Source of the DNA: Schmidtea polychroa
Taxonomy: Eukaryota
DNA: 64,000 bases
Reading direction: 5' to 3'
Assembly: GCA_044892525.1 (NCBI GenBank)
Contig: CM097885.1
Location: forward strand, 1,054,001 to 1,118,000
Below the pieces are notes generated by a model. That model saw nothing but the letters and a program-made list of their open reading frames with translations, searched no databases and was not told the DNA's origin. Made by a program: the position numbers and the translations under genes. Below, in pieces: positions 47,052 to 60,407 of this stretch. Positions within the stretch are counted from its first letter, which is position 1. Every line of letters begins with the position of its first letter.

Positions 47052-49150
47052 GACTGCTTTAGCTAAAGAATCATTAACAAATTCATAAGAATCAATTCTT
47101 TTGCCTAATTGCGCAATCAAAGAAATAAATTTTTCAGTCGTGATTGGGATGCAACCTTAAGTCTAAATTTTAAATTTATTTAATCCGTATTTAAGTATAT
47201 GATGCATATCGTATCCCTTCAAGTTGTGAAATACGATAGGCAAAATTTTATTTATTTTCTTATTTTTGTTACATGTGCTACAAGCTGCACCCAAATATTT
47301 CCCCGTAAAATGATCGTGATCTCTAACAGGATCAACGATAGATTTCATACAAAGATAACAAACAGATGCACTAACAAATTGACGTTGTTCAATTTTCGTT
47401 AATTTAATCATAGGTTTCCTACCCATTTTATAATAAAAAGGAAGAACCTTATTTAATGCTATATCCTCTATAGCACTTAAAAAACTCTCGACGCAATCTA
47501 AACCTATGAACTGTTGATAAGATTTAGATACGTCAAAGTTATTTACAAGTAAAAGACCAGCAGATATTGTCATGTGTCGTTGGAAATGAACATTATCAGA
47601 AGGTAAAATAGCCTCAAAATCGGCATCAACTACAAAAAGAGGAGTTACTGTTTTTGACCAGTCAGTAAACTGCAATAATTTATTTTGAGGGAAAGTGTAA
47701 AGAGTTGTTCCTAATTGATTACGTTTACATAATATTACATGTTTTTCCAGTGCGTGTTTGTACCTAAACATATTCAAACACCGATGGCACCATAATGAAC
47801 GTATGCGTGTAGGACAACTAGTGTTGATACCACAATTCAGTAACCTATTTAAATTACTTATAGCAACGTAATGGAAATTGTTTCCTTTATTTAAAAGTAG
47901 TAAATTAATTACAGTTCCATTTAAAACTTTGGAACGATGTATAATATCTAAATGTGGATGTTTTAATACATAATTATCAATTAATTGTTTGCTATTATCA
48001 TATGAAAAAACATTAATTATTAAACCCGAATTTTTAGATTCAAATTTCCTAATGTCTTTTAATTTCATAGGTAATTCTAACGGGTCGTATACTAAGTCAG
48101 ATAAATTATAACTCGATGTTCTATTTCTAGCATAACTACTAACTTCATCATATTTTAAAATAGCTAAAATGCTATATAAAAAACATGAATCATCAGTGTT
48201 TTTTATATTAATTAAACAATATTTATTTTTTAGATAAGTAGGTGTTTCAATGAAACTCCTACCACTTAATCTACTTAACCTACTTATTTTTGTTATGGTG
48301 AAATGTATTTCAGTAATATTTTTTATATTCCAACTGCTTCCTAACTCAGTAATATTAGTAATTTTCTCATTTAATTCTTTAATGCCTTCATCAAAAAATG
48401 ATGCAGTTAAAGGCTTTGCCTAATTTGAGATATTATTAACCTTTATTTCCCCATCTTTTTCAAATTCGATTGTTATTCCGAATTGAATTTTGACGGAGCC
48501 TTATTCGTTAATAATATCTCGTAATTTTATTATTAGTTGTTCAGGAAATATTACTTCTTTTATATTTAAGTTGCTGTATTTAAGCTTAATATTTGATGGG
48601 TACCTCTTAAATCTCTTTTACTGTCGGTACATTTCCACCTATTTGTATTATATTTAATCCATCCCAAGAATCAAAGGAAGTGAATAATCCATCATTGGAT
48701 TCAACAACCAATCCGACCTGGGATTCAACAAAAGGCAATCCGACCTGGGATTCAACAACCAATCCATCATTGGATTCAACAAAAGGCAATCTGACCTGGG
48801 ATTCAACAAAAGACAATCCGTCCTGGGATTCAACAACCAATCCATCATTGGATTCAACAAAAGACAATTCGACCTGGAATTCAACAAAAGACAATCCAGC
48901 CTGGGATTCAACCTCTTATCCGACCTGGGATTCAAAAGAAGAAGTATCTAATTTAATTTTTTTATTTGTATTATTTTTTTCTATAGTTGAGGGTCTTTTA
49001 AAAACACTATCTTTTTTAAAATTAAACCTATCTAAATGATTTTTATGTTTATTATTAAAAACGCTATATGTTACAGGGTCACTAGTCTTACATACGGGAC
49101 ATATAAAATAAGTTTTATTATAATATTTTTTCGTGTAATAATTCTCCGTT
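47052..49150 (-). pseudogene. pPolB N-terminal half (mirror of 38010-40035)
   Basis: ORF 47163-48068 with DADFE, DHDHFTGKYLGAACSTCN and FHNLKGYD. Confidence 0.9.
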
Positions 49151-49223
49151 ATAGAATGGCAATTATTATCATGTTCTTTCGATGAACAATAATTTGGATA
49201 AAGTATACCTATAAAATAAAAAT

Positions 49224-50530
49224 TTAAATAACGTCATCGATATCGATATCATATTCTCCAAAATCTTCTCCAACATCTTCAATAAATTCTTCCTCATCTT
49301 TTCCAACATTTTCATCAAATTTATCTCCAACAATTTCTCCAACATTTTCTCCAACAATTTCTCCAACATTTTCTCCAATATTTAATTCACTTAATCTTAC
49401 ATGCCTATATGCAAGAATAGTATTTTTCCCCACCCAAACCCTTTTGTCATCTTTGTTAGTTAGTGCTATTTTATTATTTTTAATTGTAAAAATTTGATGA
49501 TTTTTGTTTGTTAATTTTGTTTGAGGAATCGAAAAAATTTGATTAGTTTTATAACAATCCAGGTATGACTGATGTTTTATGTCACTACCTTTCAATGTTA
49601 CACCTTTAGCCTTTTTTGTTTCCTCATCACCCAACAAGCTATAACACTTGGGTCTAAGAAAAACCCATTCCTTATATTTAAGACCTTTATTCTCGTCTTT
49701 GAACTTTCCAATGACAGAATCAAGGTTCTTACTATATAAGGAATGACAACTATTGTAATTGTAAGTATGTAATAAATTATTTCGAATCATTGCAGGTAAA
49801 AGAACCTCAAGTTTACAGTTAATGACTTCGAGGAAAAAAGAGTCTGTATCACCTGTAACGATATTAATTTTATTAACAAATTGATAAGAATCAATGAATC
49901 TTAAGCTTATTTTGTCTAAATGCGCAATCAAAGAAATAAATTTTTCAGTCGTGATTGGGATGCAACCTAAAGTCCAATTTTTAAATTTGTTTAAACCATA
50001 TTTAAGAATATGGTGCATATCGTATCTCTTCAAGTTGTGAAATACGATAGGCAAAATTTTATTTATTTTCCTATTTATGTTGCATGTGCTACAAGCTGCA
50101 CCCAAGTATTTCCCAGTAAAATGATTGTGATCTCTAACAGGATCGACGATACATTTCAAACAAAGGTAACAAACAGATGCACTAACAAATTGACGTTGTT
50201 CAATTTTTGTTAATTTCATCATAGGTTTGCTTCCCATTTTATAATAAAAAGGAAGAACCTTATTTAATGCTATATCCTCTATAGCACTTAAAAAACTCTC
50301 GACGCAATCTAAACCTATGAACTGTTGATAAGATTTAGATCCATCAAAGTTATTTACAAGTAAAAGACCAGAAGATATTGGCATGTGTCGTTTGAAATGA
50401 ACATTATCGGAAGGTAAAATAGCCTCAAAAACGGCATCAGCTACAAAAGGAGGAGTTACTGTTTTCGACCAGTCAGTAAACTGTAATAATTTATTTTGAG
50501 GGAAGGTGTAAAGAATTGTTCCTAACTGAT
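49224..50530 (-). pseudogene. pPolB with an in-frame internal deletion joining FIDSYQF to INIVTGDTDSFF
   Basis: ORF 49224-50384. The region expected to hold ExoIII and polymerase motifs A/B is absent. Confidence 0.85.
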
Positions 50531-51779
50531 TTTTTATGTGTTTAGTTAATGTTTATATGTTTTGTTATGTGTCTAGTTATTTTTATGTGTTTAGTTAATT
50601 TTTATGTGTTGTATAATATTTGGTTGAAATAATAATATTATTATTAATCTATAAAAAAAAATTTCATTAAAAAAATTTACTTAAAAAGTTAATCCACTAA
50701 AATTTTCGTTGAAAATTATCTTAAAAAATTTTTATTAAAGATTTTCATTAAAAAATTTCAATTCTTAATTACTGACTATTATTCCAACTTTTTGTTAATA
50801 AATTTAAAAATCTTACTTTAACTTACTTATTACTTTAATTAAAAAATTTGAAACTTAATTTACTTATTTCAGCCCATTGATTACCAAATATATCTATTAA
50901 TTTACTTTAATTCAAAAATCTTAGCCCATAATTTACTATATTTCAATTTTTAGACCCTTAATTTACTGTAATTCAATTTTTGAACCATCATTTACTTTAA
51001 TTTTAAATTTAAGAACCATAATTTACTTTAGTTTAAAAATTTGAACCTTAATTAACTAATAAAAGTTAAATTATCATTTTCAATTAATATTTTACAAACA
51101 TAAAATTACAATATTTGAAATTCTAAATATCTCTATTAACATGTTTGCAATTAATTTTAAAAATACAAAAATTTTACAAAATTTTCAAATTGAATATTAA
51201 ATATTTTTTTAATTTGCATTTGATAATGTTTATTCTTAATAAGATTTTCCCATGAGAAAATTCATATTTGTTTAAATGCAAAACTTTAAATTTAATTCTA
51301 TAAAAAAAATTATTTTTCAAGACGTCTAAAAGCTCTAGGACAAGAAGAAAATACAGTTTAGAAAGGTAGTGAGTGAATTTCCTAATGAATTACAGAAGGG
51401 TATAGGACAAAGTTCCAGTTCTCTATTCTCAATTTATCATCAATCAGCAGCAACATTGACAAAGTTTATCTTAAACAAGCTGCAAATTTATATATAAAAT
51501 TACATAAAAATTGTTGATAAATTGTTAAAGTTTTAATAATATATTTCGAATAATAAAAATTTCCCTTGATAAAATTCTGAATATGAAATAAATATTAAAA
51601 ATTATATTAAAATTTAAAACTGTAAAAATTTTAAATTTTATTTATAAATTTCATTTTTAAATTGTTTTATTAATCAATTTATTAGAAAATAATCTTAATG
51701 AAGCATTTTAAGTTTTATTTTAGTTTTAACTAATTTTTCTAAATTTTATTTAAATTTATTTTTGTAGTCGTTTGTGATA

Positions 51780-52150
51780 TGGAGGCCTTTAAGCAGTTAG
51801 TCTTAGTTAACGTAGCTCTCTTACAAATTACCTTTTACCTTGACTGCATTGATGGAGGTGCTACTCGTCAAGAACCTACCTCATGCAGTTATCCATTTGT
51901 ATGCCGAATGTCCTTTACCGTCGAACTTCCTGTGGCTTCGTCATAATCGTTCTTATTGGTCTAACAATGTACCGCACTACGTCGATCCCTCTTATAAGGT
52001 TTCTGAATTTCAACATTTTGATCTTATCATAGCCCATTTTTGACTACTTTGGTGACAACATCAGAGTGCCTTCTTTTATTTTTTACCTTTTTAGGATCTG
52101 ACCTTCACAGTGGATACATAAAGATTTTCAGCAAAAGCCTCAGCGATATG
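51780..52150 (-). pseudogene. R2-like C-terminal linker fragment
   Basis: HRKFDGKGHSAYKWITA*GRFLTSSTSINAVKVKGNL resembles the post-RT region of RLE elements. Confidence 0.45.
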
Positions 52151-52399
52151 TAATTTCATTTATTTCCATTTTCAGCGTAGATTAGACTAGTAATGTCATG
52201 TAATTCTGAACACTTCTCATGCTTTCTTTCTTTATTTTCAATTTCTAGTTTAATATTTACATCCATCATTTTTATTTTTATTTTTATTTTTATTCTGATA
52301 TTGCATTTATTATTTCTATGTAGATAGTTTAATACCTAAATCGGTATTCCTTACTAAATCGAAAGGTTTAAGCGGTCCTTATACATGCATCATACTGAT

Positions 52400-52640
52400 C
52401 CCAGTTGGTGTATAAAATAAACTGCATTGATGAAGGTTCGAACCGTCATCGTTTTCTCTCTTGCAGTCAGTCATTTGTGTGGACCTTTTCTTTGTCTTTT
52501 TTGCCAGATCCTCTATCTCAGTGGTAGATAGGCCAATAATCCTTAGTATTGTGTATATTTATCCCAATACCCTAAGGTACCTATTACAAGGACATGTAAC
52601 GTGTGTGGTCGTTTATGGAGGTGTCCGATTTCCACTTGTT
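52400..52640 (-). pseudogene. Restriction-like endonuclease C-terminal fragment
   Basis: VIGTLGYWDK..LRIIGLSTTEIEDLAK, similar to VVGTLGSWDK..LTKIGLNNSEIKAIAK in the 1096-aa ORF. Confidence 0.65.
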
Positions 52641-52689
52641 GTTCCACCGATTGTTCCACTTTACCAACTGTGCTTTAACAGCTTCGTAC

Positions 52690-53530
52690 TCAGCCAGTGT
52701 GCTTATCCTTTCATCCCTGCACTCTTCAATTCGTCAATTCGCCTATCACGCTTCGCAAGTAGAACTTCTGCTACTTCTTTGAATCCTTTCTGTGCATTCG
52801 GACCCCAACGGCAACTACTTACTCTTGCCGCTAGTATCTTTTTAAGTGTCCTAGTTAATACTGAGCACGCTCTTCCTCTATTTTTGAAGGCTTTCTTAAA
52901 TCGGCATCCAAGCTAGTTCGCTGGTCATGTTTTCGGTTATTGGGAGTCATTTCCTAATATTTTTGATTTCAAGTTTTGGCTGGGTGCTTTGTTTTGCCTG
53001 TGTTTTAATAGAATGGGAATAGGTACCTTTTCTCGGAGAGATGCTTTTTCAGGAATGGTGATGTTGAAGTGATGGACTCCTTCTCCTGGTAGTATTCCTC
53101 ACTATATCTGCGTATGTTTTTGATGTAGGTTCTTTTGCATTCATTTTGTTTTCGTCTAAGTACCAAATGATATAGATAAATATTGGAACTGGGGCATAAT
53201 TTATTCATAATCCGAAGGCTTCAATGGTTATACGTCAGCTGCCTCCTGGCTTCTCTGATAAAATTCTCTTTTTCTCCTTGGAATTGCCGCCCATTTCTGC
53301 GCAGTGCTAGGAATCTTATATTGGAGTGATTCTCCGAAGCACTGGTAAACGGCGGGAGTTATAATGTAACGATTGTTTTTGGAATCTTGCATGTAATATT
53401 TTTACGGAAAAGAGGTGCTAGGAAGTGATTCTCCTAAGCGCTGGGAAACGGCGGGAGTAATCTGGTAATAATTTGAGTTTCTGAATAACATTAAAGAAAT
53501 ATTTTCACAGTAAAAAAGGGGACCTCCATC
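52690..53530 (-). pseudogene. R2-like fragment (pre-RT region and RT motif 1-2), same family as 1990-2770
   Basis: RTLKKILAARVSSCRWGPNAQKGFK. Shares AAAAGGGGACCTC (~53515) with ~2754. Confidence 0.6.
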
Positions 53531-53552
53531 AGGCATTATCTTTTTCATTTTC

Positions 53553-55290
53553 CTAAACTTTTAATTTTTCTATTTCTTTAACCTTTTTATAGAAAACTTT
53601 ATTATCCTTTTCTATATTTGAAAATTTTACATTATTAAAAGCGAAAATATCATTAATACCGCAATTTTGATTATTAATTACCGTTATTTTAGCTTTCGGA
53701 TAATTTTGAAATAATAAATATGGCATTTTCATCCTTTTCCTTGTCATCGGGCGAGATTTTTTTCCAATCGGCCAGTGTGATTCCATCAAGTCCTGGAGCA
53801 GTGTTTTGGAGTTGTGAGAAGATTTATTATTTAGGATCTTCGTTATCTCCTCTTTAGGTTTTGTTTTATATTTGGATCTTTTAATACAAAGCAGTTCATT
53901 TTTAGTCCAGGTTTTTTTATGGACAATGTCTGCTGGTTTTTTAATTTTCTTTTTTTTCCATTTCATTAAGGGCTGTTTCACGGTCCATATTGTCGTTATT
54001 TAAATTAGTTATTAAACCTTTAATAAGTGGGAGGTATTTTTTAATATTATCGTCAGGTATTTTGTAGGTAAAATAGTTTTCCTCAACAGTTCTGATATTT
54101 TTTTGCATAATAGTAATTTTAGGAATGGTTAGTTTAGTATTCTTTATCAGGCATTGGATGAGGTGGCACACAAAAAAGGCAACTGGGATATTCATATTTT
54201 GTGAGTGTAATTGGGAGTGGTGAAACGTTTTTTTGCAGATCAAGAATGGTATTCAGTATGCTATTAGCGAAAGATAAGTGTATGGAGTGGCTAGCGTCAA
54301 GTAAAGAATCTATTATAACAGCTAATTGTCTCCGCTTATCAAGATAAAAGAAAAACCAGTTGTCTTTGCCATTTGACATTGGCATAATAATTTCGTTCCA
54401 CTCTGCGAAGTCTTTGAAGGGGAAGGAGGAGAAGAAGGTTTTGTAATTATGCTGGATTAGAAAGTTATCAACATAAGGGTCAACAAACATGGTAGATTTT
54501 TTCATGGCGAAAGAGTAAACGAAGCTGATTCCTTATCCACGTTATTATAAGCAATCATTTGGTATTTCTCTACTATAGTTAAAATCAAAACCATTTAGAC
54601 ATTCTTCATCTGATGAAGTTTGTTTCCCTTCCTTTGTGTTTCAAGGTTATCTGCAATCACGTCCTGGGTGTTTTATACATTATTCATAATATTATAGTCA
54701 TAATACTATTGTTAGTATTTGGTGGTATTGGGTGGCGTTGAGCTATATGATTGATAATGCCATCTACTGGGACCCAGCTCCTACATGCACAGTATATATC
54801 GGCATTTTTAACAATAATTCCATTTCTATGTTTTTTTGACATGTGCTCCCATACATATGCCAATGGAGTGTCCCAATTCCACGTCGTAAAGCATTTTTTG
54901 TAGTTCTTATTGTGGCTATTACATGTGAGGTGATTATTTTTGTCGATTTTAATAAATATCATTTTGAGGGTATCTTTATCATTTTGTATTTCATGCACAT
55001 ATTGTTCGACATGTCTGTAAATGTTTTTGTGCGTAACCGGATATATTACATAGCGTTCGTTGGCCTTTGCATTGGCCGCAGTCAATGATGGAGTGTTCTG
55101 TGATAATGATGTTGTGCGTACTGATCCAATTTTTCCCTATTGTAAATGGAAATCGCTCCAAAAAAAGGTGTGCGTAAGTGGTGTCTGCATCTACATTTCG
55201 CTCTGGAGTTGAAGTAGTAGAGGTTAGGATTTTGCCTGTATTGACTGCATTGCCAATACCATTGGGTTCAAATCCCATTTCGGTCAATTT
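53553..55290 (-). pseudogene. Degenerate N-terminal part of a NeSL/R5-like retrotransposon (Zn fingers + Ulp1-like domain)
   Basis: Frameshifted ORFs colinear with the element at 60346-64000: TFFSSFPF, IIMPMSNGKDNWFFFYLDK..IIDSL, FFVCHLIQCL, CACRSW..H....H. Confidence 0.75.
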
Positions 55291-56036
55291 TTTTTCAAAT
55301 TTTTTTTCAACAAAATATTGATCAGCATACTCGATTTAGTACTTTTACAAATTTTTAAGGTGATTGGTCAACGGCAACTCTTGGAAATTTAAGATCAAAA
55401 ACGTTTTAACTTAAGCTACCAATGTACATTAGATAATTTAATTAAATTTACATTACACATTTAACAAATTTGCTAATAACTTTTACAATATTAATTGTTA
55501 CAAAGTAATTTATATATCAATAAATAGATAATTAAATTTACAATATAAATTATATCAAATTTGTTAATTAGTGTCAGATTTGAAAATTTACTATGTTGGT
55601 TTGAAATATTTTACCACCAAGTTAACATTTTGACCAACAAATTTTTAGATTTTTAATATTATTTAAATATTGAAGTACCACAAAATAGAGAAAAAAATTT
55701 AGAATTAGAATCATCTTTGAAAATAAAAATACTATCAAAACTTAATTTTTTATTGGAAATTTTCGAAATCACGTTGCCGAAATTTTACCACCGCGGCGAA
55801 GTTTTCATTAATAACTTTTTAAATAATAATTATTATAAAAATATTTTAGCACCGCTGGAAAGATAATAAAATTTAGATTATAAATCATATCGGAACTTTA
55901 AAATACTAGCAAAATTAAAATTATTCTTGGCAAATATTGCAATCCCAATACCATGTGTTGTGTAACTAATTAATTAATTACAAAATTAAACTTTTCAAAT
56001 TTAAAATTTTGCCAAAAAGTAATAGTAACTCTAACG

Positions 56037-56180
<144 letters not shown>

Positions 56181-56489
56181 TTACGATCACTTCAGATTTT
56201 TTTGAAAAATTTTTTTTATTAGCATTTGTACACTAGCCAAAATACTTAGTCGAATTTCTTGGACTATTTCAGATGGTCGTCTCAATTTTTTAAATAAATA
56301 AGCCTATTTACAACAGCAATATACTGTAGTAAATAGGCTTAAAATTTATCTGTGTGATGAACTGGTAAACGGCGGTCTTTTTTACTCCCGCTGTTGACCA
56401 TTTGACTACTAAGCAGTTACTGTTAACCAGTTATTAATTCAGTTATATAGAAATTTATCAATAGCACTGCTACCCAGGAATACAAATAT

Positions 56490-57215
56490 AAGTTACCACA
56501 GGGGTAACTGGCTTGTGGTAGTTAAAAAACAGCCAATAGCCAGTTAACTGAATGCAAAAATGCATTGAAAACACTATTACCACTAGGTTAATTGGATTAT
56601 GGTAGTTAAAAAACATCCAATAGCCAGTTAACCGAATGCATTGAAAACACTATTACCACGGGGTTAATTGGCTTATGGTAGTTAAAAAACATCCAATAGC
56701 CAGTTAACCGAATGCCTTGAAAATTTTCTTAGCATAAAAGCCCACATAATATAGTTAATAAATAATAGTCACGTCTTTTCAGACTTAAGTATCAAAGCCG
56801 CTTTGCAGCCAATAGTTCGTAGCAACCATTGTAAGTGTATCCAGCGGGTGAATCCCCCGCAGATCCTCTTACGTCCTATTTGTGGTAGTTAAAAAACAGC
56901 CAATAGCCAGTTAACTGAATGCAAAAATGCATTGAAAACACTATTACCACTGGGTTAATTGGATTATGGTAGTTAAAAAACATCCAATAGCCAGTTAACC
57001 GAATGCATTGAAAACACTATTACCACGGGGTTAATTGGCTTATGGTGGTTAAAAAACATCCAATAGCCAGTTAACTGAATGCAAAAATGCATTGAAAACA
57101 CTATTACCACTGGGTTAATTGGATTATGGTAGTTAAAAAACATCCAATAGCCAGTTAACCGAATGCCTTGAAAATTTTCTTAGCATAAAAGCCCACATAA
57201 TATAGTTAATAAACT
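56490..57215 (+). repeat. 76/84-bp hairpin-forming satellite resembling a 28S rRNA segment, in two blocks
   Basis: The first unit AAGTTACCACAGGGGTAACTGGCTTGTGG nearly equals conserved 28S AAGTTACCACAGGGATAACTGGCTTGTGG. ACACTATTACCAC recurs at 56571, 56647, 56938, 57014 and 57098. Confidence 0.8.
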
Positions 57216-57336
57216 ATAATATGCAGGCAATTAGTTAATCTTAATTTCAATCTAGAAATTTAAAGTTAATTTTAAAAACGACATTAATGAATCATAAAGA
57301 CTCAATACATATCTACACAATGAATGATTCCTAAAG

Positions 57337-57753
57337 AATCAAATCATCGCGTCAGATGGGGATGAAGTTCAAAATCTCGCAGTTTACACCACTCGAATTC
57401 TTACGCTTCCCCGACCGTAAAGTAAGTCGTCTACAAACGATTTAATGCCAACACGTAAATCATTAAAAATGATTCAAACATCCAAACTATTTTCATAGAA
57501 TGGTTAGAGTTTAAATATATGGCTAAGCCACATCCACTAACTTGCGTTAATGAATAATAAAATTGCCTCATTACGAGGATGGCACAAAATATCATGATTT
57601 TTAGGCGAGATTCAGACTTAGAAGCGTTCAGTCTTAATCTCTCGGATGGTAGCTTCGTGCCACTGACCTTTCGATCAAGCACATTTACCAGTGATCCGAA
57701 TCTGCGGTTCCTCTCGTACTGAGCAGAATTACTATTATCATGACAAATTATAT

Positions 57754-57790
<37 letters not shown>

Positions 57791-57849
57791 TCCAGCTCAC
57801 GTTCCCTATTAGTGGGTGAACAATCCAACGCTTTGCGAGTTCTACTTCG

Positions 57850-57887
<38 letters not shown>

Positions 57888-57933
57888 GACGTCGCTATGA
57901 ACGCTTGGCCGCCACAAGCCAGTTATCCCTGTG
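57337..57933 (-). rRNA. 28S rRNA gene 3' fragment (~600 bp), truncated
   Basis: Reverse complement contains CACAGGGATAACTGGCTTGTGGCGGCCAAGCGTTCATAGCGACG, GATGTCGGCTCTTCCTATCATTG and the sarcin-ricin loop AGTACGAGAGGAACC. Confidence 0.97.
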
Positions 57934-57960
57934 AATAGTAGTCAAAACCAAAATTTCAGA

Positions 57961-59200
57961 CTAGGTGGTATTAATTTTTGGGTTGGTTTTGGGATTTCGC
58001 TTGTGTCCATGGATATTTTTTATTCCAACAAGGGATTTAGGTTTATTACAACTACAACATTTAGAGTTGGTAGCATTATTTTTATTTTTAGCGTTATCTG
58101 CTCCATTATCAGTTGCATTAATTACGGGTAAGTTGTCTATCAGAGCGATGGCGTTTTTGGGATCATTAGAGAATAAGGATGAGTTGGACTGAAGGTTTTC
58201 GTTAAGGATAAATTTTTCGTTTAAAGGGGAGAGTTTATAAGAAATAGGGTTTATGAAAGAATACTCAACGTCATCGGTTACAGAGTTTCTTTGTATAGAA
58301 GCCTCTATGATATCATGAGAGTCGTTATGGCTTACTGAGTCTATGGAGATGTGAGAGTTAGTTGTTTCGACGATAGAAGTATCGTTTAATGGAGAAGGTT
58401 TGAAGGATATGGGATTTTTTTCCATTCATTCTGTTTATCTGGTCGAGTTGCCTAAAATAAAGGTAAATATTAGAGCTATTAAAGATAATTTTATCGTAGT
58501 CTGGAATTAATACTATAAATTATTAATACTATAATCTCTATAATAATTTTGATTATGATTACCCTTTTTTAATAAGTGAATCTTTCGAGCTGGGCAAAAA
58601 GTTTTCCAAGAGGTGGCATATATATCGGGAGTTTCATTCACTTTAGCATTCTTCTCAGAATAGTATCTCTTAGGCATACGGTTCACTTCATTGTTACAGG
58701 TAAGAGAACTTCCATTATTGATCGGCTCCTTGTGATTAATTGTATCCGTTATTTTAGTACGTGCTGTGGCAAATGTGCCATATTGCTTGAGGATCTTCCT
58801 AGCCGGGCAGTAAGATCTGATTTTCCTCGTTTCATATGGATCAGCAGGTGATTCGTCGGGTGGGGTCTCATCGGTTCTATATATATGTTTAGGATGCAAT
58901 AAATTTACTTTATCGATTGGTTTATCTCTGGAAGAAGAGCCTCTCCCATGTGGATCTGAGGGGGCCGAAGGAGATACGTGAGGTCGAATATCATCAGCTC
59001 TATTAAAAAGTTTAGATAGTAATAACAATAAGTTTTTCTTAATATTGTCTCCATTATTGGAGCTTCTTCCTTCCAGGTAGGTATTATTATTCCTGGAATC
59101 CTGGATTATTTTTGATAAAAGAAAAATTTTTTTGAGAAAGAGTTGTTGTGGGAGTTCTTTCGTGTTAGATATCCTCCCACATGATGTTATTGAGTTATTG
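57961..59200 (-). pseudogene. Interrupted ORF region (154 aa + 171 aa), probably the 5' part of an R2-related element
   Basis: 59145-59187 is homologous to 2680-2725. The end KCCSCNKPKSLVGIKNIH is zinc-finger-like. Internal repeats CPARKI x2 and NPIS.K.SPLN x2. Confidence 0.5.
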
Positions 59201-59728
59201 AGTTATTGAGTTCAATTAGGTTATTTAAATGAAAATCATTTATATGGTTTTTTGATTCAAAGCTTGGTTTTACCTACCGCTCCAAAGAGAAGGTCGGATC
59301 CTGGCGGATGAGCTTCAACCTCAAAGCGGTCATAGCATAACGGGTTTGATTTTTAAACGAATTATTTTCTTCTGTGTTCCCATGAGGGATCATCAGTCAT
59401 CACTACGCTGGTGGCCAAGGATTTGAGCACTATTATGCAGTGCTTCACGGGAATATCAGAGATAAAACCGCTCAATGATTTGATATTGGCGAGTTATCAA
59501 ACCATTTACATGTTTGTTATGTGCCAGTTGGTTATTTATGCCTCTGACTACATTTATTTTTGCTTTTTTAGTCTACCCTAAAAGACCCATTTCTGATCTG
59601 GGGTCCGTTAGGGTACTTGCACTAATAAGCACTCTGTGCCATTAGATGCAATTTTAGGTTTATTATTTTTATTACCTGTTCCTAAGCCCCTCTCCTGTGT
59701 CGCAGACATTCTGTTATCATTAGTATAG

Positions 59729-60345
<617 letters not shown>

Positions 60346-60407
60346 AACACAATATTCTGCTTCACTGAGATCATGGTGGTTAGAACGGGTTTATGTTGGT
60401 ATGTATC

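Larger units (their letters stand above)
37957..49202. repeat. ~11-kb imperfect palindrome of Polinton body DNA (arms ~37957-43283 and 43834-49202)
   Basis: Mirror ORF pairs 38660-39919/47163-48068, 40382-41200/45906-, and 41833-42024/45093-45284. Arms differ by scattered SNPs and repeat-unit indels. Confidence 0.9.

Noticed and set aside
56490..57215. CRISPR-like array of palindromic repeats
   Set aside because: No unique spacers, no cas genes, eukaryotic context.
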